Source of the DNA: Craspedostauros australis | Lineage: Eukaryota | Assembly: GCA_030167865.1 (NCBI GenBank) | Contig: JALAGF010002059.1 | Span: 1-64,000, forward strand | Direction: 5' to 3' | DNA: 64,000 bases | In this document: positions 12,142-24,194 of the stretch, piece by piece | How the letters are laid out: each line of letters opens with the position of its first letter | How positions within the stretch are numbered: position 1 is the first letter of the stretch | Position numbers and translations under genes: made by a program | Notes under the pieces: generated by a model | Seen by the model: the letters and a program-made list of their open reading frames with translations, nothing else | Told to the model about the DNA's origin: nothing | The model's database searches: none

Positions 12142-12357
12142 AGCAAATTAAAGTAGCACAGCCCGCGATCGGTGTGTTGGTACTTACCATGCGCAATCAA
12201 GCATATAGCAGCAATGGCACGCATACCCACATTCTTCTCTTCAAGCAAGCAAGCGAAACTGCAACTCGGAGGAAATCGTTTCACGATGACGGAGCATGGC
12301 ATGTATTTGTATGATACTACGAGGAGTGCAATGATTACTGACAGGCGACGCTCTACT

Positions 12358-13689
12358 CTACGTCTTTTGTCTCTTGCTGTTGGACGCCTTCTTCTTCCCG
12401 GTGCTCGTCCTGCCACACACAGCCACGAGGGTAACGAGTTCCTTGAACAGCTCCGGCGTCAGTTTGTCCACGTTCATCTCGCACTCGTCTTCCGCAGCAT
12501 TCTTGACCAACGCCGCCGGACACCGATCATCGATCTTGACGATGATCTTCCCCAGATCCTCCTTCGACAGCTTGTACAAAGACCGCGCGAATTCGCGCTT
12601 TTCCTGCAACGACACCTGATCTCCGTTGCCGATCGCTGGCGGTGCGCTAACGTTGTTGGCCTTACTGCTGGTGGTGGTGGTGGTGCCGCTGCTCGGCGTC
12701 GCTTTGGTGGTGCCCGAGTCCTCCGACAGTTTCTGATCACGCACGAACTTGGCGAATTTGTCCTCCCAGAGCTTGCTGAGGCGCTTGGCAATGACGAAGA
12801 AGTCGCTGCCGTCCTGATTGTACGTCATGCAGTTGGTCCAGACGAGACGCACGTCGTTGGCGGCATCAAAGACGGTGTTGTATTTGCGACCGCTGATCCG
12901 CTTCTTGACGGTTCCCAAATCCATTGGCTTTTTGATGATTTGTGGATAGTCCATGATGCCTGTGGAGTTAGACTCAGTTTAGATGAAATTGAATATGCGC
13001 GTGCGCGAATGTTTTCAGGGATGGAATGGGATGGGACGAGAGATCGTGAGCTGTCATGCACACGAAGAGAACAACCAATACCTATTGCCAATGCCTATTG
13101 TTGCATGCAAACCACGCTCATATCGCATGCGAACGATGAATTCAATGATGAAGGCGACTTGAGGCGACCACGGAGGAGCTGCCAAACGTGCTCCGACAGG
13201 TAATCAGTGGTTTGACTTCCGCCTTGAAAACCAACGAAGTCCATCTCATGGGCCCATTGCATTCTGCTTCTCCCTTAGTCGCGTATTACACTTCAAATCG
13301 TACTCATATTCATATTCATATTCATATTCATACTCATACTGCTACTCACCCAATCCCTTCCAATCCACAGGTTCTCGGAATGGTGCTGTTGTGTGCGCAA
13401 AGAAACGAACAAAGAGGAGAGGTGAGAGACGAAGAATTGGCACACTCGCAACGTGCATGCGTGCACAGAGCATTTCACCACCGCCATCTTTTTCAACATG
13501 GTCCATCCGCGGAATCCTCTTCTGTTGCACAGTCAATCGCAGCTGCTGTGCAAGTCAGACACACCCAAATCGACCCAGCACGATAGCAAGCAAACTGCAT
13601 GTTGACAACTCACCAGCATCTGCCCTCGCCATCACGGCTGTGACGATCTTGGACAGCGCCGTCCACTGTGCATCGGATGTTGGTGCCAT
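12358..13689 (-). CDS. Bromodomain + extra-terminal (ET/NET) domain protein, GTE/BET-like; exons 13689-13614, 13385-13350, 12959-12358
   Basis: Spliced sequence MAPTSD...[34 protein letters not shown]...DVRLVWTNCMTYN, then ET domain SLQEKREFARSLYKL...EMNVDKL. Both donors are GTGAGT and both acceptors CAG. Confidence 0.9.
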
Positions 13690-14255
13690 TGTTGCTGCGT
13701 TGCTTCCACCGTTTGTTCTTGATGCTGCTGTACGAGTATGGTGGTGTGATTGTCGTTGTCAATGATGCGATTTGGTTTCTTGTTGTTTTTTGCTTTCGTC
13801 GTGTTCGACTTTGTGTGTTCTGCGACCGCACGTGTTTCCGTTTGTGGACAATCGCCATCTCGCTCAAAATTTGGCGATCGATACGTTCGACTCAACTGTC
13901 TCTAAATTTTGGCGCGAAGTGCGACGAGATAGCATGCTACGACTACTAATGCCGCGTAAGCTCGGGCCCTATCCAATTCTTTGTCTCAAATTGGTGACAC
14001 TGCTCGTAGGGACAGCAAGGTACGGCAAGCCACAAGATCCCACAAGTACGTACTCCAACGAAGATCCCTCATAGAGTAGATACCATGCACCGCGATAGTC
14101 GACACGGCATGATATGTAGGTGTAATATGTGCAAAACTCATTGATGAGATCATTTGATGTCGTATAATATTTCGGAATAATGGAGTGCGGCATGCTCGGG
14201 TCACCCGACGGATTTGGTGGAGAGGTCGTCGGCACCATTACATACGTTGGTGGAA

Positions 14256-16465
14256 TCATGTTGCGTTGGCGTGAGGAGGCAGGCTGTACAGATTGCAAAT
14301 TAGAGTCTGCACGAACTGAAAGTAGTTCTCTGCGGTTCCGCGCGCTTCGTAGTGCAGATTGATCAGCTCCTTGGCCGATGCAAGGTCCGCCATCCACTCC
14401 TTGCCCATCTTGTCCTTGTGGTATTCCTGCGCGCTGTTCAAGACTGCATTGAGATGGCCCGTGGCAACGGCAAGCTGGACCAGGCTCCCGGCTGCTTCGC
14501 ACGCCAAAGTGGCACCGTAGGCCGCCATGGGATTGGGCGGCACGCAAGCGTCACCGCCGCATACCGCAAAGTTGGCGTGCAATCCATCCAGCAGCTTCTT
14601 TTCTGTGATGGTGCATCGCTTGGCCATCTTGACCTGGACGGTGTACTCGCCATCCAGCACCACGGATCCATCCTTCGCAGCGTCATTGCGCTTGGCGAGG
14701 TTATGTTCATTGGCGGGGGCGTTGGTGAAGATGTAGTCAAACCGTTGGTTCGATGCCTCATTCGATGCCATGGTTGCCATCGTGCTCTGGGCCTGCATCT
14801 TCTTTTGTGCGTACTCCTTGTCCCATTCGGCGTCAGCGGTGTCCTGGTGCGCGATCTTGTACGCGTTCTGAGATTCCAGATTATGAACGACGCGCGCAAT
14901 GTCCTCCGGTGTGCTCCTGGCGCTCTCGATGGTGTAGTGCCATTTTTCCGCGCCAACTTCTCCACCTCGTGTGCAGTAGGCGTCCGTCTTCAGGCTGCGC
15001 ATGATGTGGTGCGTTTTGATGCGTAGCGATGCGGTTTGATGAATGCAAAATAGCGCGCAGTGTCGTGTGATGGAAATAAATGAAAACAAATGGAATGGGA
15101 GATGGCGGTGTCAGCGCGTACTGGCGACGAACGAGAGCAAGCAGTCGACATATTCAGATCAAAGCCTTCCAATCAACCACAGCATACACGTTAGCGTAAC
15201 ATTCCGTACCTCGGTTTGACGCGCAGCCACATCTTGCAGTAGGAATCCAGATCCGGAAAGTCCGAGATGTTCATCCATTCCCGCAATCCCGGCGCGACGT
15301 CGGGTGTCCGCGTGCCACAGAACAAGGCGACGATATCTGTCTTATCGGTGCCTTCCCAACCATCCCTCCAGACAGCATCGTTGGTGCTTTCAAACCGGAC
15401 GTCGCATCCGTACCGGCGAGCCGAATCCAAGGCAGCCTTGATGGCTGCGCCGATGATGATCTGTACTCGGTCCGATTCCACGACATCGGTGCTTCCATCT
15501 TCGTGCGTTACGTTGATGCGTTGCCGATTCTCTATGAGGGTTTGGTATGCTTTCTCATCCACGAGATTCGCGGCAATGTCGTAGGCACGCCAACTGGCAT
15601 TTTGGTACTGTCACATTCATAGTGATGATGTTCATGGCATTAATGACGTCGTCACGGTTGGCAATAGTGCGAGAGAGGAAGGTGAGCAATAGTACAAGTT
15701 GCAACAAAGCACGATCAGACGCATCACGCTTCGCAAGATGACTCACACCATGCACTGTAGCAATCGAATACTCATAGAGTGCAGGATGAGGCGCAGTCGC
15801 TCATACAACCGCACTCGTACGACTACACCACAGGAAATTCTTACCCGACTCGTCACGCTGCTGGGCCCATCTTCTTTGCGCTTTTCGATCGCCATGGTCT
15901 GCACCCCGTTCTTGGCAAGGCCACTTGCAGCAATGCTGCCCCCAATGCCACAGCCAACCACCTTGACCGTGACCGGCAACGATTTACGCGGTACCCTTTG
16001 CACGAAGGAAAAGGAGTTTTCGTAGAAATGGACGGGGTACCGACGAAAGAACTCCTCGAGCCATCCGTACTGTTGGAGCAGCAGATAGAGCCGTTCCTTG
16101 GAATCCAGACAGTAGATATCGAAATGCTCGCTGCTTGCGCCTGGCGCACCTCCTTGGAGCCGTTCGTCTGAAGCCAGCCCCGCTCGGGCTAAGGTGGCAT
16201 CCAATCCGGGTCCCATGAATCGGTAAATGAGCTTGGAGACGGTCTCCAACAGGACATCGCGGATCTCGTTTTCTTCCTGACGCAGTTTGCTGAGGACCAT
16301 GGTGACGGACGGCACGTGGTGCCAAACATGGGCTTGGATCGCACGCTGGGGCAAGTTCCGGATGGTGTCGTTCGCCATGAATTCCTGGACGGCACCCACC
16401 GCGATGTCCAGATCCTTCTGGGAGACACCCTCGAGGGTGGGAACCGTTGTCGATGTCGTCATCAT
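14256..16465 (-). CDS. FAD-dependent oxidoreductase / flavoprotein monooxygenase-like protein (~585 aa); exons 16465-15845, 15607-15210, 14994-14256
   Basis: Rossmann motif VKVVGCGIGG...IEKR in exon 1 and GD-type motif GGDACVPPNPMAAYGATLA in exon 3. Two GT-AG introns join three ORF-track fragments in frame (1758 nt). The start codon is uncertain. Confidence 0.75.
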
Positions 16466-17025
16466 GGTTGATGTCGTTGATGTTGATCTTGATGTTGATG
16501 CTGTCCTTCTGGAATGGCGCAAACGTCGAAAGATTCTTGTGTGTATTCTGTTTTGTTGTGTGGAATGGAAGAGAGTTGTGCAAATGGGATGAACGGAAGC
16601 ATTGACGAGAGACGTCATCGATGAAAGAGGGCTTCTTCTTTCGTCGTGGTGGTTCTGGTTGAACACAGCGTCAACGAATGGAACACAATGCAAACGTCAC
16701 CATTCCGCGGACGAGAACGAACTTCTCTCCTTCGCTCTGACTTTGTTGTTCTTTGGGGAACTTGCGCGAGGTTGAATTGTTCCAATCGTGGTTCTGTTGT
16801 TCGAAGTTAGTCATGATCTTGCGGGACACAGCGAATCCTGACAAATCGGTGTCCCGAACTGGCCCGTGCGATGGGTTGGAAGGCAGCTCGTCCCACACGC
16901 ACTTCTAACATGGGAGAGACGAAAGTACTCGAGGAGATTATCTTGTGTCATTAAAGCAATGTACTGTAGAGAATTGGCACTTGCAGATCGGGCATGCCTG
17001 CTCCTTCTGCTACCTGTGACCCGGC

Positions 17026-17697
17026 TCACTTTTTGCGGACCAGCGTGACGCCGTCAGCAAATGGAAGCATGACATGATCGACACGATCATCCTTCTTGAC
17101 GTGCTGGGTGATGTTTCGCAGCGCGACGGTGTCCGAATCCGTGATGGATTCGTCGAAGACGTCGCCAGACCAGAAGACGTTATCGATGGCGATGATACCA
17201 TTCTTGCGCACGAGCTTCATGAGCAGCTCGTAGTACTCGATGTAACCGGGCTTGTCGGCATCGATGAAGGCGAAGTCGAACGTGTCATGCAGCACTTCAT
17301 CGACCATGCTTTGCAGGGAGTCCTTGGCCGGTCCGATGCGCAGATCGATGCGATCGTCGACGCCTGCCTCCTTCCAAAATGGTTTTCCGATCTTGGCGTA
17401 ATCGTCGTTCACATCGAGCGCGACGATCTTGCCTTCTGGACCGACGGCGTCCGCCATGACGAGCGTTGTGTACCCAGTGTACACGCCTACCTCGATGATG
17501 TTCTTGGCTCCCATGGCTGGGAGAAGGACCTTGAACATGGAAGCCTCGGTGGGATCGCCCATCATGACGCTGGACTCATGGTTGGCTGTCGCCAAGCGAA
17601 GCTTCTCGGCAACCTTGCTCTCCCGAAACCCATGCTTGAGCACGTACTCGTTAACGGCCCTGGAGACGATGCGGGGTGTTTGGAATTTGGCGCTCAT
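17026..17697 (-). CDS. Class I SAM-dependent O-methyltransferase (caffeoyl-CoA OMT / COMTD1, Methyltransf_3 family)
   Basis: 223 aa. Motifs IIEVGVYTGYTTL, IVALDV, FDFAFIDADK, GIIAIDNVFWSG, DGVTLVRK. Confidence 0.93.
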   Translation of the reverse strand: MSAKFQTPRIVSRAVNEYVLKHGFRESKVAEKLRLATANHESSVMMGDPTEASMFKVLLPAMGAKNIIEVGVYTGYTTLVMADAVGPEGKIVALDVNDDYAKIGKPFWKEAGVDDRIDLRIGPAKDSLQSMVDEVLHDTFDFAFIDADKPGYIEYYELLMKLVRKNGIIAIDNVFWSGDVFDESITDSDTVALRNITQHVKKDDRVDHVMLPFADGVTLVRKK

Positions 17698-18281
17698 GAT
17701 GCTGGTGGCCTGTTTGGTGTGGTTGCTCTGATAACTTTGGAAGTTGTGGTCGATTCGATGAAACGTGCGTCACATTCCAACAGACCTGCTCGGCGTCTTG
17801 AACATCGCCGCTGCCCTTTCCTGGAACAGTTTTTCTTGTTGTGGTTTGGAGATTCTCTTTTCTCGAGTCGTTGCCGGTTGCGATTGGCAGTCACGCCATG
17901 CCAACCATAAGTAGCTGTCCAAGTCTAGAGAGGGAGAAGGACAATGTGCGAGCAGACATTAACGATCTCTACGTATCATACGTCGCACAAACCCGAGAGT
18001 ACAGGCACCATCTCCCTTCCGTGCATGCGTTCATAGCTTGGAGAGGTCCAGATACGAAGAATGGCATAGAGAACACGAGGTGACATCGGAATGGGAGCGT
18101 GAGACGACAAGGAATGGGCAGTTGTCTCCAGAGCAAAAGAATTGCGCAGCACTCTCTAGAGAGTTCATGCTCATGCTCATGTTCCTGCCGCTGCTGTTGC
18201 CGTCGTTGTTGTCTCAGCTACTCTCCGTACATGAGCCATCAACCTCCAAGGTCAGCCATGAAAGGATCACCAGCTCTTCTG

Positions 18282-19328
18282 TCATTCTTCTTCGTCGTAG
18301 TCTTCGGCACCATCTTCTTCCGCATCGGCTTGTGCGTCTTCATCATCTTCCTCATCGCCTTCCTCTTCTTCCTGCGGCTCCCACCAGCTTGTGCAACCAA
18401 GGCCATCTTCACAGATAGATGCCACAATCTTCATGGTGGCCGGCATCGTCGATGCTTCCGTAAGATCGACGGATATACTGCGCTTGCGCAATGGCTTGTC
18501 TCGTGATTTGACTTCTTCGTCGCCCTTGTTGGTGGCGGATGGAATCGTTTGCGAATGTGCTGTTGTGGTTGTCGTTGCCTGCACGCCCTTGGCAGTGTTG
18601 GTGACCTGGGTGAAGTGAATGGATTTGACCTTGAACCTGATTTCCGCGCCGATCTCCATTTCGAATCGGTCGGCTCCATCCTGTTCTTCTTCTGCTTCTT
18701 CATTGTTTGCTTTGGTCTCGTCAGCAGCAGCATCTTCTTGTTTTATAGAAACGGTTGCATCGCCATCATTCCGCCGTATCTTTTCCTTGCCGTTGGCAGG
18801 AGCAGAAGTATCAGCAGCAGTATCGTGTCCATTCTTTCCGGCGCCAACGGGAGCAGCAGCAGCATCATTGTCACCTTTGTCATTATCCTCGTCATTCGTT
18901 TCGTCTTCGTCGTCTTCCTCTTCGTCATAATTCGGCTGCCAAACCCACAGCCCGAGCTTCTCGTCATAATGGCTCGGCCGCAGCATCCAGTACGCCGGAA
19001 TGAAAATGTCTTGAAAGAAACCAACGCTGACTTGAATGCCGTTGGGCGAGCTCTTGATGATATGCCCGGTGCAGACCTCCTCCACGAAGGGACGGAAGAC
19101 GACGAGCCGGAAGAGGCATTCGTGATGACATCCGCCGTCGCCCGGCACGCACGAACCGTTCGTGATCTTGAGGCAGTCGCCGTAGCGGCAAATGACGAGA
19201 CCGATATCCATGAGGACGCGATTGGGGTACTTGATATCGAGCTCGTTGTGCAACGCCTTGAGGGTGGGCAACGCCAGCATGTTGGCCGGGATGCGCACCG
19301 TGTCGACGGTCGTCGTCAAGATGAACAT
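18282..19328 (-). CDS. RPC8: RNA polymerase III subunit RPC8 (C25) with acidic insertion and tail
   Basis: MFILTTTVDTVRIP, KYPNRVL.DIGLVI, GDGG, FRLVVFRPFVEEV, GIQVSVGFFQDIFIP, WVW, EIRFKV, GLG..SWW. Confidence 0.92.
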   Translation of the reverse strand: MFILTTTVDTVRIPANMLALPTLKALHNELDIKYPNRVLMDIGLVICRYGDCLKITNGSCVPGDGGCHHECLFRLVVFRPFVEEVCTGHIIKSSPNGIQVSVGFFQDIFIPAYWMLRPSHYDEKLGLWVWQPNYDEEEDDEDETNDEDNDKGDNDAAAAPVGAGKNGHDTAADTSAPANGKEKIRRNDGDATVSIKQEDAAADETKANNEEAEEEQDGADRFEMEIGAEIRFKVKSIHFTQVTNTAKGVQATTTTTAHSQTIPSATNKGDEEVKSRDKPLRKRSISVDLTEASTMPATMKIVASICEDGLGCTSWWEPQEEEEGDEEDDEDAQADAEEDGAEDYDEEE

Positions 19329-20807
19329 CGTCTCCGCGAGTCTTCGTGTGCATTCGCACAAGCGGGCCTTCGTTCGGAGGGTGCTGGTGGAACAGTCGTG
19401 CGAATAATGTGATTTGATCGATGTGGCTTGTCGCTATAGCTTGCTATTGCTGAGATGTAAGAGTGGCAGTATGCATCAGGCACGGTTGCTGCGGAGGATG
19501 GTGCGAATGTGCTGGAGTGGAGACGTCTGCAGATTGTGGATTGCAGGTTGCAGATTGTTGACTCTTTGTGTTTTGTGCAGACGTTGAGTCTGGTTGTCCA
19601 TGTCTGTTGTTGTTTGGTGATGATCTCGTTTGGTGACATTTGTGTTTGGGATGGCATCTTCCGACGCCGTACAGACTATACGGAAAATCTAGTTTTACTT
19701 CACGTACTCCAATGAAGAATAGGACGTCTTGTTCTGAGCAGAGTAGCTCGAAGGGCAAGTTGCAAGCCATCGCATGGTTGAAACAAGTAACACCTCGAAG
19801 CAATGACAACGAGGAACCAATCTAAATTCATGCAAAGTTCACATGGAGTAGAGTAGAGCAGAGCAGATTCGAGAATGGCCTCTAACCTAAACTATCGAGA
19901 CCAGATGAGTCAATGGCAGCAATGAACAAGGCATGGAAGCAATTGAATCCACACACATCCCCATCGACACAACACCATGGTGGACATCACCCTTCCTTGT
20001 TGGTGGCGACACTCGACAACGGGCAATCAAGGCAAATAGTGGGATCCTGTTGATCACGATGCCATCCATCAAGGCGATGATCGGTCACGTCATCAGAAGC
20101 CAAGCTGACACCGCGGCTGCATCCAACACCACCAACGGTCGCACCATCCCTCTCCCGAACTTCCATCCCACGCATGTTCGACACGCCCTCAACAAGCGGA
20201 GACGCCACATGGCGTGGCTCTGCCCTCGCTCTGCCCTCGCTCTGTGCACTTGCAGGAACGTGACACCAAGGCGAACGCCACAACCGTCCAACAAAAAACA
20301 GGATGAACGGAAAGAATGACAAATTTGGTCTTGTTTCGAATCTTGTGATTTATGGTATCTTTTGTCAACCGACAAACATCACTTTTGACCACATCGACTA
20401 AGAAATGACGTCAGCGGCGACCAATCACTTGGCAGATGTCTGCATGACACCGTTGCGAGTCACCGAGCAGATTGCGTGGAATGGAATCAGAACCAAAAGA
20501 TTTGACGAACGTCAACTGGACGTCCTCCCCTTTGTGCCTACATGTGTGGTGCAGTACCACTAGTCGTACGTAGTGCAGCGTGGGGGGAAGCCCGATCAGC
20601 CACAGAGAGACACCCACCCATTCACATGAGCACACTTCTCTCCATCCGTGCTGCGCTGCTACTGCGAGCCACAATACGTACATCTGGCGAGCTGCCGCTG
20701 TCACCACACCGATCCATAATCATAGGTCGTACCGCACATTCATCCGTTGGCATTCGCAGGTGACATCACAAGAAGCAGAGGCATCGTGCATCCGCAGGAG
20801 CACCATC

Positions 20808-22511
20808 ATGGCAGTTCTCATGAATCGCATTCAGCCGATCGCCTGGATGGCTTTGGCGGCAATGATGATATCGTCGTCGCCGTCATGTGCGTGCGAGGCG
20901 TTCATTCCATCCGCCGCCTGCGCCCGCACATGCACGCGGCTGCATTCCACCGAAAGCGACGCCTTGCCCAAGCAGAGCCTCTACGAAGTGCTGGGCGCCA
21001 AGAAGACAGCGTCGCGCGCCGATCTGCGCAAGAAGTACATGGCGTTGGCGCGCGTTTCGCATCCCGACTCCGAGTTCAACGACAGCAAGACGGACTTCCA
21101 AGCCATCGCGGAAGCCTGGAAGGTGCTCGGCAACGAAAAGACGCGTCGCAAGTACGATCGCACGTTGCGGGCCGAGGAGATCTCGGCGATCGCGCAGAAG
21201 TTCGCCAACGACAAGCTCGAGGAAGCCGTGCCGGCCGTCGCGAAGGCTCTGGATGATGTGGCGGTGCCGTTCCTGCGACGTACGACGGCGACGACGTGGG
21301 CCGTGGCCGAGGCCGCCGCGAAGGGCGTCACCAATTTCATTCCGAAAAATGGCAACAGTGGCAAAGACGAGAAGTTTGAAAATGCGTTCCAACAGGCCAT
21401 CGAGGCCGGACGCCGTGCGGGCAGGGCCATCGATACCATGGAACTCACGGAGAAATCGACGTCTTTGGCGGAGAGGTACGTGCATTGGGGTTGCATGCGT
21501 CGACAAGCAGGAACATGAACGTGAACGTGATCGTGATCAACCAATTTTTGTTTGCGTCTGCGTTCGTGTTCTGCATGGCGTATGGTGCGCGTGTTGCATC
21601 CGTCTACACTGCCATACGGTCGTACCAATCGTCAATCGTCAATCGCCAACTATCTGCCATCCACTAACACGGACTGCACCTTCTTACTCTTAAACATATG
21701 CATGGCTCATGGCTCACTTCTCGTACTCATCAGAGCCCAAGAAGAAGTGCGCAAGATGGAAAACATCGACAGAGAGCTGGAGGATGTCACGGAAAAACGC
21801 CTGCTTTCCACATTGCAATCGTCCAACTTCGCCCTCTCCAGCGTCGAATCTTACCAGGTGCTGGAAAAGCTGGCTGCCATCGATGAGAATGTCACGAGCC
21901 AGAGCCTCATGGAGCGATCCATGTTGTGCAAAACGCTGGAGGAAGAGATCACCACCCTCAGGGCAGCCGAGCTCAAATTCGCCGACAAGCTCGACGACTA
22001 CAAGACCGTCGACGTCGAATGGAACAAGCTTCTCGATGACCAGCAATCCGCGAAGGATCATCTCGCCAAATGCCGACAAGCCGAGCTCGATGCCATGGAG
22101 GCGCTGCAAAAAGCGCAGCAAAGAATGGCGACGGCCAAGGAAACCGTGCTGTCCACATCGCAGTCCCTGCGCGATGTCGAAGATCGTCTCAAACGCAACG
22201 CCAGCGAGATGGACAAGGTCACGGCCTACCTCTCCAAACGGCAACAGCGCGTGCGATCGCAGCTGCGCAAGAAGCTCGAGAGCATCCTGTCCCAATCGGC
22301 CGTCAAGGCCTATTCGCAGTACACCGAAGAGGACTTGAAGGCATTGCGGCAGCGGGAATTGCAGCTGTTGGAAGAGCGTCAACGCATCGAGAACATGGTG
22401 GACCGATTGCAATCCAGGGCGAACAAGTTGAATTCGAGAGCGGCGGCGTTGGAAGAATGGGAGCAAACGAATGGCGATGCTGCTCCCTCCAACGGCACGG
22501 CGTCTCCATGA
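20808..22511 (+). CDS. DnaJ (J-domain) protein with long coiled coil, predicted plastid-targeted; exons 20808-21475 and 21734-22511
   Basis: SLYEVLG...SHPD...FQAIAEAWKVLGNEKTRRKYD. Signal peptide ending CEA-F. Intron GTACGT(21476)..CAG(21733) is in frame. Confidence 0.87.
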
Positions 22512-22922
22512 TCTGAGCAACAAGCAAATTATCCATGCTTGTTGTCGTTGTTTAGAGTGTTCTAGAGAGAGAGAGTCATTCCATTTGGGAACAGAATGAG
22601 GAAGAGTGTGGACATCAAATATAGGAGGGCATGAAGTCGTATCGTGCGAGACCATGGTATTACATGAGACAACGAGCGGTGAACCCTAGCACCACCTACT
22701 GTTGACATACCGAGGCGCTACCCAAGCACAGCACTGGATACGTCACACCCACGCACACAAATCTTAGAGGACCCATTGATTTGACGTCAAGCGACGGTGC
22801 ATGCAAAACGGTTTGCAAATAGCGTGCTGGTCTCCGAAGTACTTCTCAACATGTACACGTGAATATCATGATGGTTAACAGGATTTTCCAAGCTCCATCA
22901 TACCAGTATGCCCGATTCGCAC

Positions 22923-24194
22923 CTATAACCTCAGGTTATGGACCACGATCGAGATATCATCTCTGTAGAAGTCTCCGCCCGTCGCCCAGAGTTCTGAAGA
23001 TCGCATGATCAACTGTTCCGATGTTTCCAGCATGGTGCCCTTCTGCTGCCGCAACGTCCTTGCGATTTCGGTCGCAATGTTCTTGAATGAAACGCGATCA
23101 AACAGTCCATCCGATGCTGCGATCGCGGTGAATTCCCAATTCTTCCTGGTCTGCTTGAGTTCGGCGAGATTGAGAACATCCGTCGTCGGTTCGCAGGTGT
23201 GACCCACGTTATCGGCTTCGACGTCGCCCATCGAACGACTCATGGCCAATCCCATCTGCACGCCGCCCGGCAAATTGATGACGAGCCGCGACGAAAATCC
23301 AGGCATGGGCGGCATGGCGACCATCCCGCCGGCCGCTTCGATGCGGGCACGTTCTTGCGGCAAATGCGGTTTGTGCGGTTTGGTCTCATAGACGATCTCA
23401 ACATCGCCCGCGGCATTGTGCGCAAAGACGATGGCTTCCGAATCGCCGACGTTCGTGATGTAGAGCAAATCGCGAATCTTGAGCATGCTGATGCCCGTCG
23501 TGCCGGATGCTGGCAAAGGACGCATCTGTTCGTGCACGCGAAGCACGGTCTGCCGCAGCTGGTCGACGACGTCCTTCTGCGGCGTGGTGCTGCGAATGCG
23601 CTGATGCAGTTGTTTGGGGAATTCGCTGACGGCGATCTGCGACACCACCTCGCCTTCCATGCCATGGCCGTCGAACAGTCCCAGCCACCAGCCGCCGTCT
23701 TCCAGGAAGGGCGAGATGATGGCGCATCGATCCTGATTGACGCCTACGTTGGATGCTGCCACCTTGTTGCCTTTGCGCGTGAGCAGAGAGAAGTCGGAGT
23801 CCGGCGTCATCTTGTGCTGCATGAATGCTGTTGGAGTCGCGCCCACCATCTTCACGGCATCGTGCAGCGCCTGCAAATCCGCGGACGGAAAGTGGATGGC
23901 GGATGTCGCTGAATACTGAAAGGAACCGAAGTCAGGCGGATCGGCCCAACGCCTCAATTCGATTGCGCTGCCTGCGAACGGCGGAGCGCTGCGCTCCTGG
24001 AACTGCGGGTACGTCGATGGGGAGCGGCCTGTCACGTCCTTTCGGAAATCCGACGCACCCAGTATCCTCATGTTGATGTACACGAAGCCAAAGCCGATCA
24101 CGACGAGACAAGGAACGAGCACTCGCAGCAGCCAATCCTGCGGTCTGGATCGACGCCGCTTCAGGTACGGGTTGTGTTGTTGCATCTTGCTCAT
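22923..24194 (-). CDS. PP2C/PPM family phosphatase with N-terminal signal anchor
   Basis: NQDR, GLFDGHG, SGTT, NVGDS, HKP..PQERARIE..GG, GLAMSRSMGD, ASDGLFD, RDDIS. Hydrophobic segment LLRVLVPCLVVIGFGFVYI follows KRRRSR. Confidence 0.9.
   Translation of the reverse strand: MSKMQQHNPYLKRRRSRPQDWLLRVLVPCLVVIGFGFVYINMRILGASDFRKDVTGRSPSTYPQFQERSAPPFAGSAIELRRWADPPDFGSFQYSATSAIHFPSADLQALHDAVKMVGATPTAFMQHKMTPDSDFSLLTRKGNKVAASNVGVNQDRCAIISPFLEDGGWWLGLFDGHGMEGEVVSQIAVSEFPKQLHQRIRSTTPQKDVVDQLRQTVLRVHEQMRPLPASGTTGISMLKIRDLLYITNVGDSEAIVFAHNAAGDVEIVYETKPHKPHLPQERARIEAAGGMVAMPPMPGFSSRLVINLPGGVQMGLAMSRSMGDVEADNVGHTCEPTTDVLNLAELKQTRKNWEFTAIAASDGLFDRVSFKNIATEIARTLRQQKGTMLETSEQLIMRSSELWATGGDFYRDDISIVVHNLRL

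Noticed and set aside
12172-13203. Long antisense ORFs (also 32648-34159, 43711-44802, 52380-53594, 53951-54910)
   Set aside because: Shadow ORFs caused by GC-rich codon bias of the real genes on the opposite strand.
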